Assembly (NCBI RefSeq): GCF_006345805.1
Contig: NC_043000.1
Location: 120,280,001 to 120,344,000 of the forward strand
DNA: 64,000 nt
DNA from: Octopus sinensis
Taxonomy: Eukaryota
Direction: 5' to 3'
Under the pieces are notes generated by a model. That model was given only the letters and a program-made list of their open reading frames with translations, had not been told where the DNA came from and searched no databases. Of the stretch, positions 37,492 through 51,679 are shown piece after piece; position 1 is the stretch's first letter, and each line of letters opens with the position of its first letter. Made by a program: the position numbers and the translations under genes.

Positions 37492-37872
37492 ATTATTTAT
37501 TTTATATGTGTGTTTGTGTGTGGGCGTGCGCGCATGCACATGTGTATATACGAGTGTATATTTGTATGTGCCAGAGTGTAACTGTAGATGCGTACTTTAC
37601 ATATATGTATGCTTATAATTATGCGTTCAAATGCATCTGTGTGTTGAAATATGCACACGCACACGAGTCGATGCATAATATATATCTAACTGCACATGGG
37701 TGATTACTAACATTGTTACCTAGTTAGTACCATGTTTATCTATCTATCTATCTATCCATTTACATACTTATATATTTATCTACCTGTCTGTCTATCTCTG
37801 TTCATCTCTCTCTCTCTCTCTCTCTATCTATCTGTCTATCTATCTATCTCTCTATCCATCCATCCATCCATC

Positions 37873-37940
<68 letters not shown>

Positions 37941-38118
37941 GCCTGTCTGTCTCTATCTATCTATGTGTTTATATGCACGTATGTAATACGTTTGTATATA
38001 TGTATGTATCTATCTATTTATCTATCTCTCGTTATCTCTCTCTCACTTTCTCTCTCAAGAAATACACGTATGCATGTACGTACGTACGTATGCATGTATG
38101 CATTTATGTGCCTTATGC

Positions 38119-38200
<82 letters not shown>

Positions 38201-38892
38201 ATATGTACCTACCTGCCTATCTATGTAATCATCAATCACTCACTCTTTTTATCTATATGTATCGAATTACTTATCTGTTCGTCAATGATTTTATTCAATC
38301 GATGAATCCGCTATTGATAAATCAAACATTTCCCAGGTAACCACACTAATTTGAAAACAAACGACAACATCACGTTAGTCTAACGACACCATAGTTTGGT
38401 CTCCGTGTTTATTCGTCTTAAAATATTCTGATTAGATATGATAATTATAGTTTAGTACCAAACCATTACGCCACCGCCTTCTTTGTACAAAATTTATTTG
38501 AAATTGCTTCCTGTTAGGGCAGTTCCAACTATTGATTAAAACAGATTGCAAGAAATCACCAATAATACGAGAGCCAAACAGAACCACGAACACATTTAAA
38601 TAAAACACGGCAACGTATAATATTACAAAATGCGGTAAGAGCTGCAATTTTTCTTCAGCGAACATATTATGATTTAAAATTTTTGATGTTTAGTCCCATC
38701 TCAAACATGATTGAACAGATCTATGATCAAAGAGGAATCAATCGTGTTCATCTCATTTTCTGAATATACAACATTTGTATTACCCAATGTCCGTCTGGTT
38801 TTGAAACTGTAATAAGATTTGGCTGCTATTTCTAGCAACAAGAAAGTCAAAAGCTCAACTGCTTGCTTTTTTTGGCTTCTTTTGTCTTCGTA

Positions 38893-39110
38893 TACCCTTT
38901 TATTTGTTTCAGTCATTTTGACTGCGGCCATCCTGGAGCACCACCTCTAGTCGAACAAATCGAACCCAGGACCTATTCTTTGTAAGCCTATTCTTTGTAA
39001 GCATCGGTCCCTTTTGCTTCTTCTGTTGGTTTTCGGGGTAATTAAACGAACCAACATCGGCTGTCAGGCGATGGTGGGGAAACCAAAGACACACAAACAT
39101 ATATTTATAT
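38893..39110 (-). mobile_element. SINE family A, 3' half
   Basis: TTTCAGTCATTTTGACTGCGGCCATCCTGGAGCACC... Confidence 0.85.
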
Positions 39111-39227
39111 AATTACACACACACGCACACACACACATATAATACACCTGTTAGTTGTTTATACACCTGTCTTCGACTTTCGTTTTCTGTAAATTCCGAC
39201 TATATATATATATACATATATATATAT

Positions 39228-39741
<514 letters not shown>

Positions 39742-40235
39742 CATATATATATATATAATACACATGTTAGTTGTTTATACACCTGTCTCGTCTTTTGTGT
39801 TTCTAACTATATATACATATGACTACCATCTTCTACTAAATTACCTTTCTAGGCTTTTGAGCTCCGAGGCTATAGTTTAAGTCACTTGTCCAAAGAACCA
39901 CTTAGCGCAGAAGCAGAAACCGTGGTACTTTGCTTATTATTTTTTATGTTGTGAGTTCAAATAATGTCGAAGGTTGTTTTTGCTTTTTATCTTCCAGTGT
40001 TCGACAAAATGAAGAACATCTGTTGTTATTTAGCCACAGGTTAAATCTGATCTAATATCCCAGTGATCAAATGCATTCAAATCATGGCCAATTTATTTTA
40101 ATGGTTCCGAATGTTTTTCTTCTCGTTGCAAAAAAAAAAAAAAAATGGTAATGAAATTGATTACCTCATTCCTGTTCTCTTGTCATTCAATAAGTTATCA
40201 ATCTCTCTTTCTCTCTCTCTCTATCTCTCTCTCTC

Positions 40236-40597
40236 GGAGGCGCAATGGCCCAGTGGTTAGAGCAGCGGACTCGCAAACTTGAGATCGCGGTTTCTATTCC
40301 CAGACCTGGCGTTGTGTGTATTTATTGAACAAAAACACCTAGATCTCCATGAGGCTCTCGCAGTAGGTGGTGGCGAACCCTGTTGTACACTTTTACCACA
40401 ACATTCTCTCACTCTTACCTGTATTTCAAAGGGGCCAACCTTGTCACACACTGTTACTCTGAATCTCCCCGAGAACTACACTAAGGGTACACGTGTCTGT
40501 AGAGTGCTCAGCCACTTACATGTTAATTTCACGAACAAGCTGTTCCGTTGATCGTATCAGCTGGAACCCTCGTCGTCGTACCCGACGCAGTGCCACG
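40236..40597 (+). mobile_element. tRNA-derived SINE family D
   Basis: A-box TGGCCCAGTGGTTAG and B-box-like GGTTTCTATTCCC, ~300-bp body, flanked by (CT)n and (TCTA)n. Single copy in this window. Confidence 0.72.
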
Positions 40598-40659
40598 ATC
40601 TATCTATCTATCTCCCTATCTCCCTACCTACATACCTATCTACCTACCTCCCTACCTGC

Positions 40660-40699
<40 letters not shown>

Positions 40700-41410
40700 T
40701 TTAGGAATATATGAAGCCTAGTGCTTCATATGTTCCTGAAATTCGACAGGGGGAGGTGGTGGTAACGCAGAAACAATACTTTGGTAGACAAGCTAGTTTG
40801 TATTGAGTCACATCCATTTACGTCGTGAGTTCAAATGCCGTCAAGGTAGACTTTAATTTTCATTTCTTCGGAATCTATCAAATGCGTACCTCTGAAATAC
40901 TGAGCTTGATTTAATCGACTATAGCTGTTTTTCCAGACATTTCTTCTCTAGTATCTATGTTACAAATCATTATTCCTATTCTGTATGTTATTTTGACATT
41001 CTGTAGATCAATAATTTTCACTTCGATCAAGTGAAATTATTTTGCTTGTTTCAAAAAAATTTGTTGTTTTCTTTTTCTCAATATGGTTTTGAAATTATTG
41101 TGGTTTTTGTTTTTCGCAATAGCGGGGCACCTTCCATATTGATTATAGAATTGTGACAACGTAGTGATATAATGGAAGAAGTATTTGGTAGTATTCTACA
41201 GTGTAATAGCATCAAAGTATTGTGATGTGTATTGATTGTTTCTAACACTTTCATGCTTCGTGGTCGGCGACACAGAGGCAGGAGTAAGCTTCTCGTGAAG
41301 TCATGACAGCGGTACGAGTTCAATCTATGGCGAAAACCATCAAATTTGTGTCTTTGTTTTCTACTATACCTCGTGCCAAACAATGCTTTGTGCATAGATG
41401 GAAACTGAGC

Positions 41411-41902
41411 GATAAATTAAGTACCAGTTGCGTCCTGGAGGAGATGTAATCGACTTAATCCCTTTGTCTGTCCTTGTTTGTCCCCTCTATGTTTAGCCCC
41501 TTGTGGGTAATAAAGAGATAAGAAACGTTAGCACGCCGAGCGAAATGCGTAACCGTATTTCGGCTGGCGTTACGTTCTGAGTTCAAATTCCGCCGTGGTT
41601 GACTTTGCCTTTCATCCTTTCGAGGTCGATTAAATAAGTACCACTTACGCACTGGGGTCGATATAATCCACTTAATCCGTTTGTCCTTGTTTGTCCCCTC
41701 TGTATTTAGCCCCTTGTGGGTAATAAAGAAATAGGTATTTCGTCTGTCTTTACGTTCTGTTTCCAAATTTCGCCGAGGACAACTTTGCCTTTCATCCTTT
41801 CGGGGTTGATAAATTAAGTACCAGTTGCATACTGGGGTCGGACTAATCAACTGGCACCCCTTTCCCAAAATTTCGGGCCTTGTGCTTAGAGTAGAAAAGA
41901 AA
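41411..41902 (+). mobile_element. SINE family B trimer ending in the type-2 tail
   Basis: Both re-entry junctions (AGAAACGTTAGC and GGTATTTCG) are present; final tail CCCAAAATTTCGGGCCTTGTGCTTAGAGTAGAAAAG. Confidence 0.9.
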
Positions 41903-42049
41903 TTGAACACATGTTCATCATTCAACTGACAGATGCTTACGATACGGCTGCCGTCGGGATTGCGAAGCAAGAATATCCGTTGGTTATATTCGGAAGAACA
42001 CGGAAAAGAAACAAAAAATTGTTTTGGGTAAACTACAAAATAAGATTGT

Positions 42050-42660
42050 TACTACTTCAACTACTACTACTACTACTACTACTACTACCACTGCTGCTGC
42101 TGTTGCTGCGGCTATCATCACCCCCACCACCTCAACCGTAGTGGGGGGTGATGGTATTACGATGAAAACCACCACTACCACCATAACTATCACTCCCCTA
42201 CTAACACCATCATAACCACCACTGCTGCTACTACTATTACCACCACCACCACCACTACTACTATCACCACTACCACCATCACCACCACCACCACCACCAC
42301 CACCATTACCATCACCACTACCACCACCACCACCACCATCACCAACACCACTGCTGCTACTACTACTACTACTACTACTACTACGACGACGACCACCACC
42401 ACCACCACTACCGCTATAACCATCTCACCTGAATCACCGCCATCGCCGCCGCCGCCACCACCACCACCACCACCTCACCACTCTAACCATCTCACCTGAA
42501 TCACCACCACCGCCGCCACCACCACCACCACCATCACCAACACCACTGCTGCTACTACGACGACGACGACCACCACCACCACCACTCTAACCATCTCACC
42601 TGAATCACCGCCACCGCCACCGCCGCTGCCGCTGCACCACCACCACCACCACTTCTGCTA
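42050..42660. repeat. (CAC/TAC/GAC/CGC)n trinucleotide mosaic with three copies of a 22-bp unique motif
   Basis: TAACCATCTCACCTGAATCACC at 42417, 42484 and 42588. Confidence 0.9.
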
Positions 42661-43071
42661 CACATACTTGCTATATTCCCATCTCTCTCCCTTTATGTAA
42701 ACGAAATGCCTTCATCCAAAAGAACTACATTCATTATATAAAACATCCCCTATACTTCCTTCTCCCTTCTGTTAAGTTAATAAATTTAATACAATCTATT
42801 GTTCAACAGACCCAAGTTTCCTAAATATTTCATACCAAAAAGATCCAATGAGATTAAAATGCTATCTATATACGAATGGTAAGGAGTGTGCGGTTAAAAG
42901 GAAAAACAATTTTAAAAAGGGGAAATTTAATCAAATATATTCATAAAGATATTTTTCATTCCTTTCATTGACGAAAAATATTACTAATATAGATTCTGGT
43001 GAGATGATTCTTGCCTTTGCCACCACAGAGGTGAACAACCAATAAACCGAGAGATTATGTATGTATATATG

Positions 43072-43293
43072 TACGAAAGGGGATGCTGAAAAGTCCCTGA
43101 CTTTGGGTAAAAGGAAGCACAGGAGGATCAGTTAATTATGACTTTATTCAACATATTCCCCTCTCAGAGTCATACAATTATTGCAGCGGTCCTTCAGTTT
43201 TTCTAAGCCCGCTAAAAGAACTCTAAAGGTTGGACCTCCAGCCAGGCCTTTCGTGATACCTTTAAAGCCAGAAACTTTTCAGCACCCCGTCAT
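43072..43293. mobile_element. Mariner-derived MITE (~220 bp)
   Basis: TIRs TACGAAAGGGGATGCTGAAAAGTCCCTGACTTT / AAAGCCAGAAACTTTTCAGCACCCC, mariner-like with TA at the left end. Confidence 0.75.
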
Positions 43294-43544
43294 GTGTGTG
43301 TATGTGTGTATCTGGTTTGATTGGATCGCCCATGTACAGTCCACTGTAGGTCGAAGGCCTCTGCATGTTCTCTCTACTAACCATGGTCTGATGTGGAGGA
43401 CGTGGATTTGAGCTTGAGATCAGACTGGTTTGATGAGCCTACACTGCCACACGGGTTCAATATGGCTTGGCAGAAGGATGCATTTTTTACACTCATACCC
43501 AAAGGTAATTAAATCAATTACATAGACCCTTCCGCCGCCCAGTA

Positions 43545-44063
43545 CTCGGCTGGTATTTATTTTATCAGTAAAGTCGTTCCGGACGGAATTTGAACATAGA
43601 ACGTAAAGTCGGACAATATACCACTAAGCATTTAGCCTGGCATGCTAACGATTGTTATTTCTTTATTGTCCTCAAGGGGCTAAACATAGAGGAGACAAAC
43701 AAGGGCAGACAACGGGAATAAGTCGATTACATCGACCCCAGTGCGTAACTGGTACTTAATTTATCGATCCCGAAAGGATGAAAGGCAAAGTTGACCTGGG
43801 AGGAATTTGACTCAGAACGTAGTGGCATACGAAATACCTATTTCTTTACTACCCACAAGGGCTAAACACAGAGAGGACAAACAAGGACAGACAAACGGAT
43901 CAAGTCGATTATATCGACCCCAGTGCGTAACTGGTACTTATTTAATCGACCCCGAAAGGATGAAAGGCAAAGTCGACCTCGGCGGAATTTGAACTCAGAA
44001 GGTAGCGGGCAGACGAAATACCACAAAGTATTTCGCCCACGTGCTAACGTTTCTGCTAGCTCA
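43545..44063 (-). mobile_element. SINE family B trimer
   Basis: Reverse complement of head plus modules. Confidence 0.9.
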
Positions 44064-44508
44064 ATCATGTTGCATTTGAATGCTTTCATTGTATAATAAA
44101 TCGCATATAGCCAAATATCTTTGCCGTATCTTTTGATTCATCTCCGGTCGGCTTGACCGATAAGCTTTCCAAACAGTGCGACCCAGACAAGTGAGATCGA
44201 TGTAATCTCAACATAATTCCGTATTATCTTAATGGCATGTCACTAAGAATAAAGTAGGATATGTTTATTTATTCATAATTTATGTAATTATATTTAAGTG
44301 ACGCACTTGATCGAGATGTTAATATGTTAGAGTATGTGTTGAAGAGTTTGCAGTTCATATGAATTTGCGCAAAAGCCTGTCTGTTTCCATAACTAAGAAG
44401 CTTAATTGCGGTTAAAGTAATAACAGAAAAATACCACTTAGAAGGTGAAAATTTGGTATTTGTGAAAAAATAAATAAAATAATCACAGAGGGAAGGTATT
44501 AGGTTGTC

Positions 44509-44853
44509 TATTGAGTTGTCCGGAAGTTCGTGCCGAATTTTAAAGGAAAGAAAAAGGTCAATAAATACTTGCCATTACATTTTTAACCAACCAAATATGA
44601 ACCATTTTGTTGCACAATGCGTCTCTATCTTCCCTTTAACTTCAAATTACCCTCTTCCCAGAATTGAGGTGGTTTCATGGCAAAGAATTCATCAAGATAT
44701 CTTTTTACATCAAGGAATTGAGTTTTTTACCATTAAGACTATTCTGCAGAGACCTGAATAAGTGGAAATCCGAAGGAACAATATCTGGAGAATATGGAGG
44801 GTGGGGTAACACATCCCAGCCGAGCTGCAGCAATTTTTGTCTGGTTTCCAAAG
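44509..44853 (-). mobile_element. Mariner transposase C-terminal remnant with 3' TIR
   Basis: Translates TRQKLLQLGWDVLPHPPYSPDIVPSDFHLFRSLQNSLNGKK, then (frameshift) DVKRYLDEFFAMKPPQFWEEG...IVQQNGSYL, containing the HPPYSPD..PSDFHLF motif. TIR-like end TATTGAGTTGTCCGGAA. Confidence 0.92.
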
Positions 44854-46194
44854 TATCAAGTGCCGAAAATGAACTTTTTTATCTTCCATTTTAAAGGGTT
44901 ACAGAATTAACACAGGTTATAGGAATATAAATCTTCTTCCACGAAAAGACAGCTTAAACTGTGCTCTAAATGAAGGTGTAGTCAAATCCTATTTTCTGAA
45001 TTCAAACATTGTTCTAAAATAAGTCGAAATGTAAGCTGCTATAAATCGGCACGGACTTTCCAGAGAACCCAATATTATCATTTTGAAAAACCAGGACAAG
45101 GTTTGACAGCTTGGGGGCGGGTATAGTTAAATCGATTGTAGTTATCAGCCAGTGTTGTATTTTGTTGGAAGCCTAGAAGATAAATTTGATCTCGGAAGGA
45201 GTTGAATGTAGAATGTAATGGGTTGTAATTAAGTACGGCAATGATATTTATTCTCTAACAATTCTGCCAAATAATCACCCTCAAAATTTTATATTGGTAA
45301 ATATCCTTAGTGTATTTCGTCATATAACTGATATTTTAACCATATTGTAGAAATTTAGGTGTATACTTCTCTTTTTTAAGGATACCTTCCAGCGAATACG
45401 TATAACAACGATGCAATTGTTGCTAAGTGAGAACTGTGCATTAACTGTTTGGTAGCTGTCTCTTATATCTGTATTTTACACACTTTTGAATTGCAACAAT
45501 GCCAAACCATGTCGCTGTCTAGAAAACTTCTCCTTGAAACAACAAACTCTTAACAAGAAGGAACTTACCCTTCCAGCACTTATTTCGACAGTCAATTGAA
45601 ACTGCATAATCCACTCAGTGAATCTTGTCTTCTTAGGGTGATGATGTACAAAGCCACCACGTCACCAGACGATTATACCTAAGGTAATTATACGGGACCC
45701 GTAAGGCAAGCACCAAAACCATAATAAGCCAGCATACAAACTCCTTCAGATTAGGTAGTAGAATCAACACTACCTTCCTATCAAAGTTTGTCTGGAAACA
45801 ACTGTAGTATTGGAGTTTAAAATGTCTATAATCTAGAACATAAGATACTCTGCAGCGCTATACACAAACGGAGCGAAAAGATACGTAACACACTTAACGA
45901 GGAAATTGTACATCTTTCTCTAGAACCACTGAAAGTTTCGTAACTGAACTCAAGTGAAGAAACCCTAGGCAGCACTTCTATTAGGAAATTACAAACATAA
46001 ACGGGATCAGTTGAGAATGGATTTATTTCAACCGATGCAATATTGTACATTTTTTATCTTCACTTCTTCTGATGCAGAGCGCTGAAGTCATATGGAATTC
46101 CATTATAATCTATCTACGGAGAGAATACAATTCTGTTCAGATGACAACGTTCGAGAAGAGCTCATTCATCGAATTTATGATATTGAATGCAGTC

Positions 46195-46425
46195 GTAAGT
46201 AAGCTAATGGCTATTTATATCACGGGGAATTAACTATATATATAAATGCCGGTATATATGACGTGACATCCGCGTGAGTAACTCCAAAATATTGAAAATT
46301 ACATGGCCAAAGCTCTCTGCCTTATCATACGAGCTTATTGTTCCGTTAAACTGAGTAAAAATCTTCTGGCATGCATCATAAGTTAATGGGAGTAAAATTC
46401 TAAAAGAAATCTAAAGAAATCTAAA
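46195..46425. repeat. ~230-bp dispersed duplicate; second copy at about 47491-47750
   Basis: Shared GTAAGTAAG..TAATGGCTATTTATATCACGG...CCGCGTGAGTAACTCCAAAAT...CTAAAAGAAATCTAAAGA. Confidence 0.9.
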
Positions 46426-46577
46426 GGCGCAGGAGTGGCTGTGTGGTAAGTAGCTTGCTTACCAACCACATGGTTCCGGTTTCAGCCTCACTGCGTGGCA
46501 TCTTCTACTATAGCCTCGGGCCGACCAAAGCCTTGTGAGTGGATTTGGTAGACGGAAACTCAAAGAAGCCCGTCGTA

Positions 46578-46620
<43 letters not shown>

Positions 46621-46852
46621 TATATGTATGTGTGTGTGTGTGTGTATGTTTATGTGTCTGTGTTTGTCCCCCTTTGCATTGCTTGATAACCGATGCTGGT
46701 GTGCTTACGTCCCCGTCACTTAGCGGTTCGGCAAAAGAGACCGATAGAATAAGTACTGGGCTTACAAAGAATAAGTCCCGGGGTCGATTTGCTCGACTAA
46801 AGGCGATGCTTCAGCATGGCCGCAGTCAAATGACTGAAACAAGTAAAAGAGT
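46426..46852 (+). mobile_element. SINE family A, full length; empty site preserved in the paralogous copy
   Basis: Complete element. The paralog reads ...GAAATCTAAAGAAGATGTTTGAATATG without it. Confidence 0.93.
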
Positions 46853-47765
46853 AAGATGTTTGAATATGTTGTACACGACCTTTATGTAGCTTGCTACACG
46901 AAGGTCAAGTAAATTCAACGAATAACTTTGGCATTTGAAAGGTCATTGTACCATCATCTTTAAACATATTGCGTTCAATAATGTCTGCTTATTTCACTTT
47001 AGCTTAAGACACTAACTCCTTTCTCAGACGTTTCACATTGAGTGGCCATGAAAAAATACTGGTGCAGTTGCATTAAACAGAATATTTGGCAGAAGTATTT
47101 TCTGCGATTTCTTTTTTTGAGAATAAATTGATAAGAATATTACTGCAATTATATTTGGTTTTCAAAATATTCTTTAGTATCTATGACTATCTGAAAAATA
47201 CTTTCTCAATAAGGGTTAGAAATGATTGACTGAGAGGATACGACAACTAAGCTAAATTGAGAGTAGCATGAAGCTTGATCACGTTTTCGCTGTCATTTTT
47301 AGACGTTTTTAGAGCGGAATGTGTCGTATTTTATCATTGAAGGATTTACTGATGAATAGTAATTTAGCTGTTAATTCCAAGAAGAATGTACATGTATTCA
47401 AGTTCGATATAATGTCTAAAGCAATAAATACATTGATATTAGTGCTAATTGTAAATTTTAACTCTTTAATTATATTAATAAGGCCTTTCGTAAGTAAGTA
47501 AGTAAGGTAATGGCTATTTATATCACGGGAAATTAACAGACCATCATCTCTATAAATGCCGGTACATATGACGTGATATCCGCGTGAGTAACTCCAAAAT
47601 AGTGAAAATTACATGGCCAAAGCTCTCTGCCTTATCATACGAGCTTATTGTTCCATTAAACTGAGTAAAAATCTTCTGGCATGCATCATAAGTAAATGGG
47701 AGTAAAATTCTAAAAGAAATCTAAAGAAGATGTTTGAATATGTTGTAACATATTTGGAAAAACTG

Positions 47766-47802
<37 letters not shown>

Positions 47803-48779
47803 TATATAGTCTCACCAATCAATAACAGGCATGCCATATTTCCTTCAATTAAATGTATTTATACCCATCATATTTAAACGTAATGGTTAATAAAAGTTAA
47901 TTAGCAACGTTTTTATCAATTATCTCCATAAAACCTATGACGGAAGGTAATGATGTTAATTATTTCAGTAAAACGATTATTCTTCATAGTTCGTTAGAAA
48001 CATTTTTCATAACATTTTTGGCATAATTGGTCGCGCCGTGGCATAGTAAACCACAGATAGAAGTTTCGGTTTCTATCGTAGATTACGATCTCTTTCTACC
48101 ACGCTAGGTCGTGCTTAATATGTATATATATATATATATATAGATGTGCATGTGTCTGTCTACAGAACAGAAATGTGCCAAAGGCGTATTTGTAAATACA
48201 CGTATACAATCAGAAAGTGATTTATAAAAACAAACAGCAATTGTAGCTTTGTATGGAATATGAACATATGAATCTATAATTTACTTTGCATTATTTCTAT
48301 AATACATTCCTGTAAAACACACAGAACACCATTATTATATATTATTTTCTTGTTATAACCACAACGAAATCATAATACAGTCAGTCAGTTATATGGAAAC
48401 ACGCATTTATTTTTCCGTTATTTATTCTGCATTTCCTGAATAAATAATAAGTTTTGAAATACAAATTCACGCACACATATAAGCACAGAAAGATATATAC
48501 GAGAAACAAATAAATTCCCCGCCTATGCATAAGCACATATATATATTCATAAACACGTAATTATGCAATAACATGCGCATGTGCATATAATGAGGTAAAC
48601 TCAAATTCATACAGAATTATCAAGTTAGACGATATATATTTGTATACATATATGCATACAATACTTACATAAGCTTGCCTCATACATATAAATTTTCAAA
48701 ATGCTTATTTAACTGTATTTGTGTGCGAGTGCACGTATGTCTATGAGTGTGTTTGTGTGTACGTGTGTGAGTATATGTA

Positions 48780-48851
<72 letters not shown>

Positions 48852-49134
48852 AATATTGACATATACACATATACACATAGACATTGACATAATCACACGT
48901 ACATACACATCTATACACATACACATCCAAACAAATATATGCGGTTATGACAGCTGGCATCTCACACCAACAAATTCGAATTTCTTGTCCACAATCATCA
49001 GACTGGAATTGAGTATGTATGCATGCATGCATGTTATATATATATATATATATATATACATATATGTCCATATATGTATGTTATGTCCGTATGTGTACAT
49101 ATATATATATGAATATATGCATATATATAAATAT

Positions 49135-49191
<57 letters not shown>

Positions 49192-49227
49192 AATTATATA
49201 TATATATATTATATCTAAATATATTAT

Positions 49228-49263
<36 letters not shown>

Positions 49264-49390
49264 TATATACTAATATATATATTATATTTTTATTTTTATT
49301 TTTTTTGAGAACAAAATCTTTGTGGAGAATGGCGATTTGACGTCTATATCTAGCATTTGACTGTCCACCCTTTCGTGTTCAGTCCTAATT

Positions 49391-49425
<35 letters not shown>

Positions 49426-49866
49426 TATATATATACTTCCGTACATATATATTTATATATCATATATACGCGCAAATATAAATGCGTGTGTTTACGCATA
49501 TATGTGGGAGTGTTTTACCGTGTATGCACAGAAAGAGGGCATTGAATGCTCTTTTCGTATTAGCTCACTGTTTCTCTCTTTTGCGTTGAGAAAAAAAATC
49601 CCCAAAGATCACAGAAAAATAAAATCAAAGATTCCTGAAGTACTTTATTTCTCTTTTACTTCAATTTAGCTAAAAAAATGATGGCAATTGTAAAGAAAAT
49701 TATTTTTTCTTTTTAAAAAACATTATTTCGATTATGGTTGGAGAAGTTTTAATATTAGCTATATTCCAATGAACGCACGTATACATAGATAAACTGAGAA
49801 ACACACAGGTTGTTATGCATGCATTCACATATGTACATATGCGTGAGAGCATTTGATGTATCTATG

Positions 49867-49916
<50 letters not shown>

Positions 49917-49993
49917 TGTGTGTGTGTATTGGGAAATAAGTGGAAATGTAAAAGTGATTATACAAACATAGGCACAGACACATCACACACATA

Positions 49994-50053
<60 letters not shown>

Positions 50054-50675
50054 CATACTCGCACACTTATTTTTACACTCAGAAACAAAATTATAGAGGT
50101 TTTGTTTTGACTAGGAACAATAGCTTCCATCTCTATCTCTGTTTCTATCATTTTCCTCTCACTTTTGTCTCTCTCTTCTCTCTTTCTCTCTTTGTATACG
50201 CACATATGTATACACTCCTATGCACGCACATTATTAACACACACAAACATATATATATATACAAATATATATATATATATATATAGATATAGAATATAGA
50301 TATAGATATATATATGCAGACATATATATATTTCTCCAGATATAAATATACATACATATATATAAATGCATACATACATAAATACATATATACATATATA
50401 CATAAATACATGCGTGTGTGCATGTGTGTGTGTGTGTGTGTGTGTGCAATATTACAATAGTGCCGTATTCTGTACCACTGTCCTATCTTTGATATTTCGG
50501 TTCTATTTATTTGCTTTCTGTTTTTTACCGCCTTTTTTAAGACTTTCATTTAGACTTTTTCATGTGCGCGTTTATAATTTAATACAGCACACACACACAC
50601 ACAGATATGTGTTTGCATATACATATGTGTGTGTGTATATGCATGTGTGCGCGCGTGTGTGAGTGTGTGTGTGCG

Positions 50676-50747
<72 letters not shown>

Positions 50748-51679
50748 TATGTACCTATGCCTATACGTACATGCGTATCCCTATACGTATCTTCGCATGT
50801 ATATTTGTGTGTGTGTGTGTGTGTGTGTGTGTGGTATGTGTGTACATACATTTTATATCTTTGCTAGTTTGCTTCATAAACTAAACCACGAAAGAGTAAT
50901 TTTATATATATTTGAAAAAAATGTTTTTTTTTTGTATATATTCATATTATTTAAAATACATATATATAAAAAAAATAATATTATTATAAGAATAAATAGG
51001 AAATCGTGCGAAAGCGTTATCACATCACAAATATAATGGTAGTCTATTTTTCCCTAGTTATTATTATTTTTTTTATCATCTTTTATTGTTTTTTATTTTC
51101 TTGTTCTCATATCCTATTCAATTTATTTATTGATTTTTTTTCTTCTATTTAGTTATATACATTTACGTATGTTTGTTTATAGAATTATTAAATTTATATT
51201 TGTTGTTTTTTCTCTTAGTTACATTATATTTAGTTTTGTTATACCTTTTCCACCATCGGTTTTTACTTTTACCAGTATAAAAGTTCCAATGATGGAACGA
51301 TATTTACTCTGATGATGATGATGGAGAAAGAGGGTTCAAGCCGGATACAGTCGTTCAAGAATTTGGACCTGGAGATCTCCATTTCCAGCGACTTCGAGGG
51401 ACACCTCCCAGTGGTGACGGGCGTCAACGAAGAGCCCTCGACTACAACAAGACGACCAAAGTTTTTTCTTTCAAGGTCTGGGGTCTCCCACCCCTATGCC
51501 CTAGACTATCACCTAATCACCCTTATCCGTCTTGTTGCTTAACGACAACAACAACAACAACAACAACACCACCACCACCACTAACAACAACAGCCGGATA
51601 CACGTAGCCTTACTATAAGGTTCGTGGGTAAAAATAGCCATCATATTTATCTTAATTCAGACAATAAATACTGTTCCTT

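Noticed and set aside
40236-40310. tRNA gene (likewise the heads of SINE A, B and C)
   Set aside because: A and B boxes are present but the cloverleaf is degenerate and runs into a SINE body.
46141-46194. 54-nt plus-strand exon (DDNVREELIHRIYDIECS) with AG and GTAAGT
   Set aside because: The donor coincides with the (GTAA)n start of the duplicated 230-bp unit and two frames are open, so chance is likely.
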